Assembly: GCF_006345805.1 (NCBI RefSeq)
Contig: NC_043003.1
Location: 2,356,001-2,420,000, forward strand
Direction of reading: 5' to 3'
DNA length: 64,000 nucleotides
Source: Octopus sinensis
Taxonomy: Eukaryota
Part shown: positions 24,985 to 36,380 of the stretch, piece by piece
How positions within the stretch are numbered: the stretch's first letter is position 1
How the letters are laid out: each line of letters begins with the position of its first letter
Position numbers and translations under genes: made by a program
Notes under the pieces: generated by a model
What the model saw: only the letters and a program-made list of their open reading frames with translations
Told to the model about the DNA's origin: nothing
The model's database searches: none

Positions 24985-26375
24985 TAAGAGTCTACCTATT
25001 CCACCAAACAGAGTATAGCTGAGAATATTACTTGAGAAAGAGGAAGACCTCAGGAAACGGATGAGATGGAAGGCATTATTTTTTGATTCCAAAATACCTC
25101 CCTCGTATAAAGAATGTTACGATTTAAAAACAAGAAAATACCCACCTAGTGTCAAAGATTTGGTTGCTTTTGAGACTGATCTTCTTAACCTAATTACCAA
25201 TATTAGATTTTGTAAGTACTATAACCCGCTCCAATCTAAAATGAGTTCTGATATAAAAAAAACAAAAAAAAAACTTTAGGAATTCAAGAAAGAAGTTTGT
25301 ATTTTCTGATAAGACTAATAACCGATACAAAATTACAAATGATTTTTATAAGTTACTAAATGACACCATTTCATCTAAATATAAGAAAGCTAATGTAGAC
25401 AGATACTATGATATCAATAATGAAGCTAAACTCCTCACTAAATGTAGCAAAACTGATGATGATAGATTAGAATGTTTAGCCAAGAGAGAAGCATTCATCA
25501 CTTTAAAAGATCATAAAACTAATTTTCATAGCAACTCCACCTGTAGATTGTTAAACCCAGCTAAATCGGAAATTGGAAATGCAGTAAAAAAAGTACTTAA
25601 AAATGTCAACAATAGAATTATGGAAATGACCAAGTTTCACCCATGGAATAACAGTTTTATAATGATAGACTGGTTCAACAAGTTTTAAAATAAGAATAAG
25701 GCTAGATTCACTAGGTTTGACATTACAGATTTTTATCCCTCCATATATAGATCGCTGCTTGATAAAGCTATCGAATACGCCAAATTATATGTCGATCTTG
25801 ACCCTAAAGACCTAGATCTTATCAAACACGTGAGGAAGATTATATTGTTTAGCAAAGGATAAACATGAGCTATTTGATGCGTCTATGGTTGCATATGACA
25901 GTGCTGACTTCCGTGATCTTGTAGGCTTATTCATACTAAATACATTAAAATATAAGTAGACAACATCATGGCATTGGCCTATCCCATGACGATGGCTTGA
26001 CTATTTCCCATAAGTGTGATGAGCACACCCTAGATAGATTTAGAAAGCAACTTATCTCTACTTTTAACCAATTAGGATTAAAAATCACAGTAGCTACTAA
26101 CCTCTCTGAAGTAGACTATTTAAATGTGGTCCTATCTCTAACACTTCCTCCTATAAACCTTTTTATAAACAGAACAAGAAACTTAAATATATAAATAGGC
26201 AGTCTTGTCACCCTCCCGCCATATTAAAAAACCTGGTAGCTAACATTAGTAGAAGAGTTTCTAACCTCTCTTCTTCTAAAGAAATTTTCGAGAGGCAGCT
26301 CCCTACTTTAATAAGGCCCTAACCGATAGTGGGTTTAAAGATAAGTTAACATATAATCCCTCTGACATTAATCAT
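24985..26375 (+). pseudogene. Penelope-like (Neptune-type) reverse transcriptase pseudogene
   Basis: KRMRWKALFF, DKTNN, AFITLKDHK, CRLLNPAKSEIG, FDITDFYPSI, YDSADFRDLVG, DDGL, GLKIT..DYLNV, SCHPP; several lesions. Confidence 0.9.
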
Positions 26376-26399
26376 GATATTAAGGATAGATATAGCAGT

Positions 26400-27240
26400 A
26401 CCAATGATAATGCGATACATAAACGTGAAAGATGTTTAGGCGACGCTCTTGGCGTGTGTATAGCGTCCAGGTCTCACTTCCATACAGTAGAGTGCTGAGT
26501 ACACATGCCTGGTAGATCTTCATTTTTGTGGTCTTGGTCAGCTTATTGTTGTCCCAAGCCCGTTTGGAGAGTTGGGCCATCGCAGCAGCTGCCTTGCCAA
26601 TGCGTATATTGAGCTCAGCATCAAGGGATAGGTTGTAGGTGACGGTAGAGCCCAGATAGTTAAACTTCTCCACTCTTGTAATCTGTGGTCTCCAATATGT
26701 ATGTTTGGGATGTCCGATGTAGCCTGGCCCATGATGTTGGTCTTCTTAAGGCTGATAGCTAAGCCAAAGTCGTTACATGCTTGCTCAAAACAGTTAATGA
26801 GCCTTTGGAGGGCTTCTTCTGTGTGTGTTACCAGAGCGGCATCATCAGCAAATAGCATCTCCTTGATCAGGACGTTTCTGATTTTGGTCTTGGCATGCAG
26901 GCGCGAGAGATTGAACAGTTTCCCGTCACTTCTACTGTGCAGAAACACTCCATCATCTGATGTCTGAAAGGCATGTGAAAGTAAGAGCGAGAAGAAGATG
27001 CCAAATAATGTAGGAGCAAGGACACAACCTTGCTTTACCCCGTTTTTTATTTGGAAGGCGGCTGATGTTGAACCGTTGTGCTGTATGGTGCCTTGCATGT
27101 CATCATGGAAAGACTTGATGATCCTCAGCAGCTTTGGTGGACATCCGATTTTTTGGAGCAGGATGAAGAGGCCTGTTCTGCTTACCGAGTCAAAAGCCTT
27201 TGTTAGATCAATGAAGGCCATATATAATGGCATTTTCTAC
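26400..27240 (-). mobile_element. RTE-clade RT fragment
   Basis: YMAFIDLTKAFDSV, GVKQGCVLAPTLF, MLFADDAALV, FNYLGS, LLYGSETW. Confidence 0.9.
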
Positions 27241-27306
27241 TCTCTGGACTTATGGAGAATATCATATCGATAGTTGATAGTTTAATCTCAATATATACAT
27301 ACATAC

Positions 27307-27378
<72 letters not shown>

Positions 27379-27512
27379 TTTATTTTATAGAAGGAGCTTC
27401 TACAGGACTAGAACTGTTTCATTCAGATGAAATCTTCAGAAAGCCAGCTTCCTGAAGATTTCATCTGAATGAAACAGTTTTAGTCCTGTAGAAGCTCCTT
27501 CTATAAAATAAA
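27379..27512. repeat. Near-perfect palindrome with 66-bp arms, each arm an HHR
   Basis: Arms 27379-27444 and 27447-27512, 2 mismatches. Confidence 0.9.
27446..27496 (+). ncRNA. Type I hammerhead ribozyme variant (mirror copy on the minus strand at about 27395-27444)
   Basis: AGCTTC-CTGAAGA-T-TTC-ATCT-GAA-T-GAAA-CAG-TTTTAGTC-CTG-TA-GAAGCT; 6-bp stem I, GUA site, U.U at 10.1/11.1. Confidence 0.7.
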
Positions 27513-27578
27513 TTACTTTACTCTGCTATGTATTGAGTACCTTATTTACTGTGGTTAACCCCGACTCAACCCGGGACC

Positions 27579-27614
<36 letters not shown>

Positions 27615-28598
27615 CATACATACAACAGGCTTCTTTCAGTTTCCATCTACTGAATCCACTCACAAGGCTTTGGTCAGCTTGAGGCTATAGTAGAAGATAC
27701 TTGCCCAAAGTGCCATGCAGTGGGACTGAACCCGGAACCATGCGGTTAGTAAGCAAGCTACTTACCACACAGCCAATATATTTTGAAGAACTGGACAATC
27801 CCATCCATCCCAGATTGATTTGACCCCCACCCCCACGACCTTATTATTTAAAGACTAAGGAAGTCAGATCGCTTACCACCATAGTTCCCCCCCACCTTTA
27901 TTTTAGTATTTCTTTACATTTATTTTTTATCCTTTATATTTTTTATTCTTTATAAATTTTATAAATTTTATAAATTCCCAACATTTCTTATATTTATTCC
28001 TTCACATTTCCACCTTATATTTTTCATTCATTTATTTTTCAAACACTTTTTTACTCTCCTTACACAATTTATATCTAATTTTGTACATTATTTACACTTA
28101 CATCACGTCTTCTCCTGGATTCGTTTTCTGGTGAGAAATTAGGATTTTCTATATGCTACCATTGTTTTCCACTTTTTTTCTCATATTCTTATATCCCATG
28201 CCATATTTAAAGTCCTCAGTTGAGCATGAAGAGTGGTCTGTGCCTACAAAACGTGTTTGGATTCTCAGACATGCGAAACTATTAATAGCACCCAAACATA
28301 TGTATTGTGATCCTTAAACAGAAATATTTGGCTCTCACCAGATTGGGTGCATTATATATATACATTATATATATATCATAATCATCATTACCATCATGAT
28401 TGTTTAACGTCCGCTTTCCATGCTGGCATGGGTTGGACGGTTTGACCGAGGTCTGGAGAGCCAGCGGCTGCACCAGGCTCCAATCTGATCTGGCAATGTT
28501 TCTACAGCTGGATGTCCTTCCTAATGCCGACCACTCTGAGAGTGTTGTGGGTGCTTTTTACATGCCACTGGCACTGGGGTCAGTCAGGAGGTACTGGC

Positions 28599-28630
<32 letters not shown>

Positions 28631-28870
28631 TTGATGGGCTTCTTTCAGTTTCTGTCTACTAAATCCACCTTAGAAGACTTTTGTTGAGGCTGTAGTAGAA
28701 GACACTTGCCCAAGGTGTCACCCAGTGGGTCTGAACCTGGAACCATGTGTTTAGGAAGCAAGCTTCTTACCACACAGCTGCACCAAAAGTTCACTGCAAT
28801 ATCATTAAGGATACACCAGGAAAACATAGAGATCTGTGCTTCACCATACTTGAATGCTTTCCTTTAAACC

Positions 28871-29155
28871 TCACCACAGAATAATTTCCCACCAGAATAA
28901 AGTCTCACCATAATAAAGTCCCACCACAGAATAATTTCCCACCAGAATAAAGTCTCACCATAATAAAGTCCCACCACAGAATAATTTCCCACCAGAATAA
29001 AGTCTCACCATAATAAAGTCCCACCACAGAATAATTTCCCACCAGAATAAAGTCTCACCATAATAAAATCCCACCACAGAATAATTTCCCACCAGAATAA
29101 AATCCCGCCACAATAAAGTCCCACCACAATTAAATCCCACCACAGAATAATTTCT
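28871..29155. repeat. 50-bp minisatellite, about 5.5 copies, built from three 16-17 bp subrepeats
   Basis: CCACCACAGAATAATTTCCCACCAGAATAAAGTCTCACCATAATAAAGTC at 28921, 28971, 29021 etc. Confidence 0.9.
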
Positions 29156-29249
29156 TTAATAATGAAAATTCAATTAAACTGCTGGCCGTTAACAATAATG
29201 ATTATTTAGGAAATCATGGAAGATTGTTTGAAAATTTGGCAAAGGCCAG

Positions 29250-29900
29250 CATTTTAGTGGTGAGGGGCAAGTTGATCCCATTGACCCAGGAACTTAACTG
29301 GTACCTGTTTGATTGACCCCAAAAGGATAACAGGCAAAGCCAACATCAGTGGAATTTGAACTTGGAACACAAAGAGCCAGCAGGAATGCAGTCAAGCATC
29401 TTCGTCCTCTGCAATAGCGATTCTAGCAGTCAGCATCCTTAAAAGAAACCATCAATGTTTCTTTGTAACATAAGGCAGCAAGATGGCAGAACCGTTAGCA
29501 GAATCGTTAGGTGAAATGTTTAGCAGTATTTTGTTCATCTTTACATTCTGAGTTCAAATTCTGCTGGGGTCAACTTTGCCTTTCATTCTTTTTTTTGGGG
29601 GGGGGGTAAAATAAGTACCAGTTGTGTTCTGGGGACCAATGCAATTGACTTATCCCCTTCCTCAAAATTACTGGCCTTGTGCTAAAATTTGAAACCAATA
29701 ATACTTTTTATTATAGGCAGAAGCCTTGAAATTTGTGGGGAAGGGTCTAGATGATTACATTGACCCCAGGGGTTAATTGGTACTTGTTTTATCGACCCCC
29801 AAAAGGATAAGAGGCAAAGTCTATCTTGGTTGAATTTGAACTCAGAACGTAAAAACAAACAAAATGCCTGCAAGCTTCTTGCTTGGTTTGCGAACAAAAG
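29250..29900. mobile_element. Cluster of three family B SINE copies (minus, plus, minus)
   Basis: Repeated GAATTTGAACTC..GGCAAAG..GACCCC motifs in alternating orientation. Confidence 0.7.
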
Positions 29901-30991
29901 CCTGCTTGCTGCCTTCCAGAACGCATCAATATTGATAATGAAAAGCTCAGTCTCCCTACGATTGTAAACTCAACAGATACCTACTACAAGATGTATGCTG
30001 TGGAATCATCAAACACTTTTCTATCGATTTAATGCAAGTGTGAACACGAATGTTGATTAGACTTTCATTACTTTGTGTCTACAGCTATTGATAAACACAC
30101 ATTGACAATCCGCTGATTCGATGGACCGACATATCTTGTATTGAATATAATTACAGTGGGTCGTCGGGTTGATGTGTCTTGAGTCGAAATCATTTTCCTA
30201 AGAACTCTGCTGACGTATTACTGACGTCTGATGCTGTAATTGCCAGGCTTGAATCTGCCCAACAAGGCTAATGAAAGATTTTTATTTGATCACAAGCATC
30301 AGTGATGTTGTCACTGGCATAGTGGTGTGGGTAAGAGGTTCCATTTGTGACCATGAGGCTTTGGGTTCGATCCTGTTGCTTGATACCTTGGGCAAAGATT
30401 TTTCTATGCCAGACTCACTTTGATTCAAATCCAAAGAATGAAATTTGGTAGAAAGAAACTGCATTGAGGTGTTATTTGTACTGGCTAAATCTGGAGAATG
30501 GTAAAGTACTGTAGCCCTTGGCAGGTTCCTAGGTTTGTGATGCTGAGGTCACCGTTCGATTACCATAAACAAGTCACTTGTGCAAATTGTTCAGCAAGTA
30601 ATTGCAGAACCTCCATCTTTCATAGATCAAGAGACTGACATTAATATACATGAAAGTATCATCATCATCGTTTAACGTCTGTTTTCCATGCTAGCATGGG
30701 TTGGATGGTTCAGCCGGGGTCTGGGAAGCCAGGAGGCTGCACCAGGCTCTAGTCTGATCTGGCAGTGCTCCTACAGCTGGATGCCCTTCCTAATGCCAAC
30801 CACTCTGTTAGTGTAGTGGATGCTTTTTACATGCCACTGGCACAGGGGCCAGAGGAGGCTGGCAATGACCACGATTGGTTGGTGCTTTTTCATGTGCCAC
30901 CAGCATGGGTATCACAACTACAATTTCCATTTGATTCTTATTTTTATGTTGATGTACTTGACTCAATAGGTCTCCTCAAGCACAGCAGGTC

Positions 30992-31020
<29 letters not shown>

Positions 31021-31025
<5 letters not shown>

Positions 31026-31515
31026 ATATTTCGGAATGGTCATTTTGCCAGTTTAGCCAATAAAAACACACGCACTATATATTTGGTGTTACTTTGCTTC
31101 AGTGTTATTTATTTTTTACATTAATCTTAATCTTATTTCGGCCAGAGTTCTTTCGTCACACTCCTGTGACCGCATCAGTGGTCCTTTGTTTTCTTCTTAC
31201 TTATTTGTGTCTCTCCTTACTAACGGTCAGCCATACAAAATGGCTGACGGTTAGTAAGGAGAGACACAAATAAGTGAGAAGAAAACAAAGGACCACTGAT
31301 GCGGTCACAGGAGTGTGACGAAAGAACTCTGGCCGAAATAAGATTAAGATTAATGTAAAAAATAAATAACACTGAAGCAAAGTAACACCAAATATATAGT
31401 GCGTGTGTTTTTATTGGCTAAACTGGCAAAATGACCATTCCGAAATATAACAATATCTGTTTCAACACATGACTTCACATAAAAAATCTTGCACAACAAA
31501 TATTTAAACGTACTA
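31021..31515. mobile_element. Fold-back insertion of a PLE-type terminal repeat; hairpin with 214-bp arms
   Basis: 31021-31234 pairs with 31240-31453 (about 2 mismatches); unfolded copy of the family at 41161-41650; (TA)n on both sides. Confidence 0.85.
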
Positions 31516-31539
31516 TATATATATGTATATATGTATATA

Positions 31540-31878
31540 TACGAGGGTGAGTCAAAAAGTAATGCCATTTTGTTTAGGACAGGTATAATTACCAACACAG
31601 GAACGTGTATCATGCATCAAAATGAAGCTGGTCCTCTGTGGATCACATCCCTACTTCTCAACATAGTCACCGTTTCTCTCAATAATAATGTTCCACCTTC
31701 GAATGAGAGCATGTATCCCTGTCTTATAAAATTCTGTTGACTGTTCTTTGAGCCACTTCTTCACTACAATTTTCACTTCCTCATTATTAGAATAATGTTT
31801 GCCTCTCAAACCCTCTTTCATGGCACCGAAGAGATGATAGGTGCTAAATCTGGTGAGTGTGGAGGTAGTGAAGAAGTA
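31540..31878 (-). mobile_element. Mariner 3' end
   Basis: TA|CGAGGGTGAGTCAAAAAGTAA TIR; PPHSPDLAP..HLFGAMKEGLRGKHY..RRWNIIIERNGDYVEK*. Confidence 0.9.
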
Positions 31879-31919
31879 TTAGGCCACCCCAATGTTTTGG
31901 GGTTCTGCTGTCTCAATGT

Positions 31920-32800
31920 TAATGAAACTCATGCAGGAAGGTGTCATTCCCCAAAATGACTGGATTAGCAACATTAAAGTCAATTGTTACAAGGATAAAG
32001 GAGATTGTTTTAGAATTACAGAAGTATCAAATTGCTGGCCCAGGTCATGAAGATTACAGAGAGAAGTTTACAGCCCAATTCATTGGGAACAGAATTGGAC
32101 GAGATTAGATGCAGTTCGGTTTTGTACCTGGAAGTACTACTGATGCTATTTTCTTAGACAACTGCAGGAGAAGTAATTAGCTAAGAGTAAATTATTGTAA
32201 TTGGCAGTTGTTGATCTGAAGAAAACTATCAATGGAGTTCCTTCCTCTGCGATTTGGTGGTCTCAGAGGAAGTTAGGGATAGATGAATGGCTTGTGAAAG
32301 CCGTACAGGCCATGCACAGGGATGGTGTCAGTAAGGTGAGAGTTAGTCATGAGTTCAGAGATAAACTTAGAGAAGGAGGGTGTTCACTAGGGTTCAGTTC
32401 TTAGTCCCTTCTTATTCTTCATTGTCCTTCAGGCCATAGCAGTGGAATTTAAGACTAGCGTCCCCTTGGAACTACTGTATGCTGATGATTTCATTCTTAT
32501 AAATGGAAGCAAGACTTAGAACCAAAGGAACTTAAGTGAACAAAGCAAAATCCAAGTTTTTAGTAAGAAAATATCAGTCAGGGCCGAACGGGCTTCAGTC
32601 AAAATGGCCGTGCTTGATATGAAGGCAAAGTGTTTGGTAGGAATTCCTTGTGGTGTACTCAATGCAAACTATAGACACACAAAAGGTGCAGTGGAACCAC
32701 AGGAAGACTTTTGTATGTGGTAGATGCACAGAAGCAATAAACATTCTCAAATGCTCGGTAGGATCCCTAGAGATAATAGATAGTTTCTGTTACCTGGGTG
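31920..32800 (+). mobile_element. Degraded RTE RT fragment
   Basis: NYRSIKLL, WWSQRKLGIDEWLVKAVQAM, GSVLSPFLF, LLYADD. Confidence 0.8.
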
Positions 32801-33140
32801 ACTGAGATCATGTCTTGTATATAAGTTTCTATGCCTATTGTTTCATGGTTCAAGACAGTTCGTTCACCCACCTGCATGACAGTCAAACTATCTTCCATCA
32901 GTTGGCAGCGAATATGTTTGCCTAAGATACAATCTGAGAGATTCAGAGGAACTTTCCAGAAAGAACTGGATGTAGGCTCTTATATAAGATGCAATGAAAC
33001 CAAAGGGAAGTTTGGTCAGCTTTGTATTCTTCCTTTAATGTTTTCGGTTTGGCCCTCAATACAAGCACAAATGGACTCCGGATGTGAGTGCCAAATGTTG
33101 GAGACACTCAGAACTTTTCATTACCTTCAACTGCCATTCC

Positions 33141-33334
33141 AGAAATTCGAAAAGAAATCCTTCCAGTGGGATGAAGTTAGAATAATAGACAGAGGACACC
33201 ACTGGAAAATACAGAAGCTAAAAGAAGCAACACATATGCTGGGACACAACAACCTCCTAAGCAGACCGAGTGCAGATATGAATAGCATACAGGAACCGGT
33301 ATTAAGGAAGGATAGGAGAATATTAGATTTATAA
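33141..33334 (+). pseudogene. C-terminal tail of a Penelope/Poseidon-type GIY-YIG endonuclease
   Basis: FQWDEVRIIDRGHHWKIQKLKEATHM..LLSRP..EPVL*. Confidence 0.65.
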
Positions 33335-33365
33335 GCCTTAAAAATTCACTCCATAATTGCCCACA

Positions 33366-33436
33366 GGCATATGGCATAGTGGTTAAGAGCGCAGGCTACT
33401 AACCCCAAGATTCCGAATTCGATTCCAGGCAGTGAT
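33366..33436 (+). ncRNA. tRNA-like Pol III cassette (pseudo-tRNA, anticodon loop resembling tRNA-Ser(GCT))
   Basis: A-box TGGCATAGTGG, loop CTACTAA, B-box-like ATTCGATTCC; acceptor and T stems do not pair well. Confidence 0.65.
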
Positions 33437-33461
33437 CTGAATAATGATAATAATAATAACA

Positions 33462-33499
<38 letters not shown>

Positions 33500-33554
33500 T
33501 AATAACATTGAAAAATACCTTAGGAATAAGAACCCAGGTTTGAAATTTCCCCAA

Positions 33555-33600
33555 GACACCTGATGAAGGCTGGAGAGTATATCAGCCTAAAAGTTGTGTT
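33555..33600 (+). ncRNA. Decayed dimer-type hammerhead ribozyme
   Basis: GACAC-CTGATGA-AGGCTG-loop-CAGCC-TAAAA-GTT-GTGTT; GAAAC reads TAAAA in this copy. Confidence 0.55.
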
Positions 33601-33927
33601 AGCAAACAAGATGAGGACAAATATCCATCAAATGTAAATAATGTACATAATTCCTCATCTCTTAAATATAGAACTGAATGTTGACTCTGTCAGTTATAAT
33701 GGACAGAGTCAACATCCATTGACAAGGTCGCAAAATCAACAAAAATTTTGAAAGAAAAAATATAATAACTGAGTGAGAATTGAACTGGTGAGTGTGTTTG
33801 CTAATAAGGCATTAAGACAATCTGACACTCTTCAGACACAACAAAATTTGCTTCAATACACGAATTCACATAAAGAATCTTGCAAACCAGATACAAAAAC
33901 GAAGGCAAAAAAGATTCAACAACTTAC

Positions 33928-34454
33928 AATTCCCATAGAAAGGGATCCACTGGTTTGTTTCACCCGACCAAGTGCTGTGCGGCAAACAAAACATCCAAAC
34001 TGGCAGCACTGGCGGCAAACCTGGGAGTTGCCACTTGTCAATGTGGGTGGGGGAAAAATCAATAAGTAATCATCATCATCGTCATCATCTTTATTGACTT
34101 CATCATCCTTCACTTCATCATCATCATCATCATCACCAACTTCATCATCATAATCATCATCATCTTCATCGACTTCATCGTCGTCGTCATCGTCCTCGTC
34201 ATCGTCATCATCATCATCAGTAACAGCAGCAACATCCTCTTCCTTTCCCTTGGCTACTTTGCCGTGCTTACAGGATTTCTCTGACAGGATTTGTCGAGGC
34301 AGTTTTCCCCCCCCCCATGGCCTGACACTCTTCCTCTCTTCAACTCTCACCTCTTTCCAAACAAACTAATATTTTTTCTTTTCTCTGGTCCAGACATGTT
34401 TTCATGGGAGATTGCAAACAAACAACATCCTGGAGGACGTTTGCTTGCAATTCG
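33928..34454 (-). CDS. Two candidate host exons (34454-34351 and 34020 or 34033-33928), product unknown
   Basis: Pyrimidine-rich TTAAAG| acceptor and AG|GTGAGA donor; second exon ends at |GTAAGT; phases can be joined in two ways. Confidence 0.3.
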
Positions 34455-35205
34455 CTTTAAGATATCAAAACAGGGAGACAGAAACACACTCACACACCTG
34501 TTCATGCACATGTATACACACACACACATTTAATACACATGCACATGTATGCACACATACACACACATAATACTCTTGCACACATACATACATACATTTT
34601 ATGCATACACATACATACATACATTTTATATACATGCCCATGCACATATACACACATCCATATCATCAGTTAGTTGTTTATAAGTCAGGAAAAAAATCAA
34701 TATAAGTAACAGAGCAATTACACCTTAATGTTGTCCCACAGTATATTACTGGTTATGGCATATAACTGGTCAGAATGTTGTTGTTGTTGTTGGTGGTGGT
34801 TTCATGCTGACAGTTACACTTCACAATATTGACAGCTGTAAGAACCTTTTATGTCATTCCTTTGTTAAAAAATAGGCACAAACGACATTGTCAAAACAAT
34901 TACCTGTTCATGAGGGCAGTGTCTGAATATCTCGCTTTTTGAGTTCAGGAAAACACCAGAATCGTGTGATTTTTTTTTTTGGAAACTGTTCTCCTCTCCA
35001 CCAAGAAAATGAAGATTTGGTTGCTATCTCTAGCTGATGAAACAACTTTTTAGGGGTTCCATCAATGGTCCCTCAACTTCCTAAATATTTGTTAGGCATA
35101 GTGTTGCTTATGGTTTGATGCCATTCTCTATCATAAGATTAATAGAAGTACATAACTAACAATTCCAAGCATTTTGGTAATTAATGACAAAACTCAGTGA
35201 ATAAA

Positions 35206-35477
35206 CAGTTGCAGTGTGGAAGGTGTTTAGAAGCCATTTAAGAAACACACAAAAACCGTCAGATTCATTTCAACATTTAAATTTAATTTGTGTCAAACTA
35301 TTTTCATTGCTTTGAAACTGTAACCTGTTCACTGGCAAAATTCTGTGCTGCATAGAATTTTGTCAGTGAACAGGTCATGGTTTCAAAGTGACAAAAATAT
35401 TTTGGCAAATTAAATTTAAATGTTGAAGATTTTGTGTGTTTTTAAATGGCTTATAAACACCTTCCACACTGCAATTG
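35206..35477. mobile_element. Hairpin/MITE-like repeat with ~125-bp inverted arms
   Basis: CAGTTGCAGTGTGGAAGGTGTTT... pairs with ...AAACACCTTCCACACTGCAATTG; half copy at 52520-52700. Confidence 0.8.
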
Positions 35478-36215
35478 TTTTTGTTCCAGCACACAATCTC
35501 AGATCAGGTCACTTCCTATGCAAGTACATCTCTGTAATTCTGTGAATATATTTACATCTAATCTATTTTATCTTTTATCTGTTTTATCCATTGAACTGCA
35601 GCCATGCTGGAGCACCGTCTTGAAATGTTTCGCTGATAAAAGTTGACTTCCAGTTATTGTTTTTAAAATCTGCCACTTATTCTATTATTCCCCTGCTAAT
35701 CTATGGGGATGAAAACAAACCAACACTGGTTGTCAAGTGGTGGTGGGGTACAAACATAAAGGCACACGCACACATATGATAGGCTTCTTTACAGTTTCTG
35801 TCTACCAAATTCACTCACGAAGCCCAAAACCACATTGTTACAAAGTGTAAACTTTTTACCACACAACCATACCTGTATCTTAATACCAATAAAGAAATTA
35901 ATAAATGTGTACATATGATGGTGAAGGGGGACACAGTACTGCAGGATGGGGGTAGAGGTGGGGCTATCAGTTCCTTTTCAGGACATCTTGTCTGCCATTG
36001 GCTCTTATCTGGCACCCATCTTTCAATTGTATCTCCACAAACTGCCTGCATTCAGCGAGGTGCCATTCCCTGGGTAACAGAATTTGCAGGTTGACCAAAT
36101 GAGATTGACCGTAATCTGTGAGCTTTAAACTCTTGGGAAAATTCTTTAAGATAGAAATAATACATTTCTAAATCTCTCAGAGAGATTTATGCAGTAGCAG
36201 CACAATAAAGTGATG

Positions 36216-36380
36216 GTATGTTGTTAACTTAATGTGACAGTCCCATGAAAGGGAAGAATGCTACTGTTATTTAACCCTAGGAAACACTGTCAAGTCCAAC
36301 AGGAAATGGTGTTTCCTTGGGCTAAATAACAGTAGTATTCTTCCCTTTCATGGGACTGTCATAATAAGTTGGTAACATAC
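36216..36380. repeat. Hairpin (MITE-like) with ~55-70 bp arms
   Basis: TGACAGTCCCATGAAAGGGAAGAATGCTACTGTTATTT / AAATAACAGTAGTATTCTTCCCTTTCATGGGACTGTCA. Confidence 0.85.

Noticed and set aside
28225-28270. HHR-like CATGAAGAGTGG...CAAAACGTGTT
   Set aside because: Several core positions are wrong; at most a decayed remnant.
31285-31462. HHR in the 31-kb fold-back family (CTGATGC or CTGAAGC ... GAAA-TAT-AACA-ATA-TC-TGTT)
   Set aside because: A9 is C in both candidate cores and no register gives stems I, II and III together.
32831-33334. 167-aa ORF as a single gene
   Set aside because: It is a chance in-frame fusion of the duplicated 146-bp segment and a PLE endonuclease tail.
33366-33436. Functional tRNA gene (also 39706-39776)
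   Set aside because: Acceptor and T stems do not pair, there is no downstream T-run terminator, and the ACT anticodon is atypical; treated as a pseudo-tRNA cassette.
36020-36148. Kinase-like KLTDYG in a minus-strand frame, and read-through of the in-frame TGA at 36052-36054 as selenocysteine
   Set aside because: No other kinase motifs, no SECIS identified, and the reading frame itself is uncertain.
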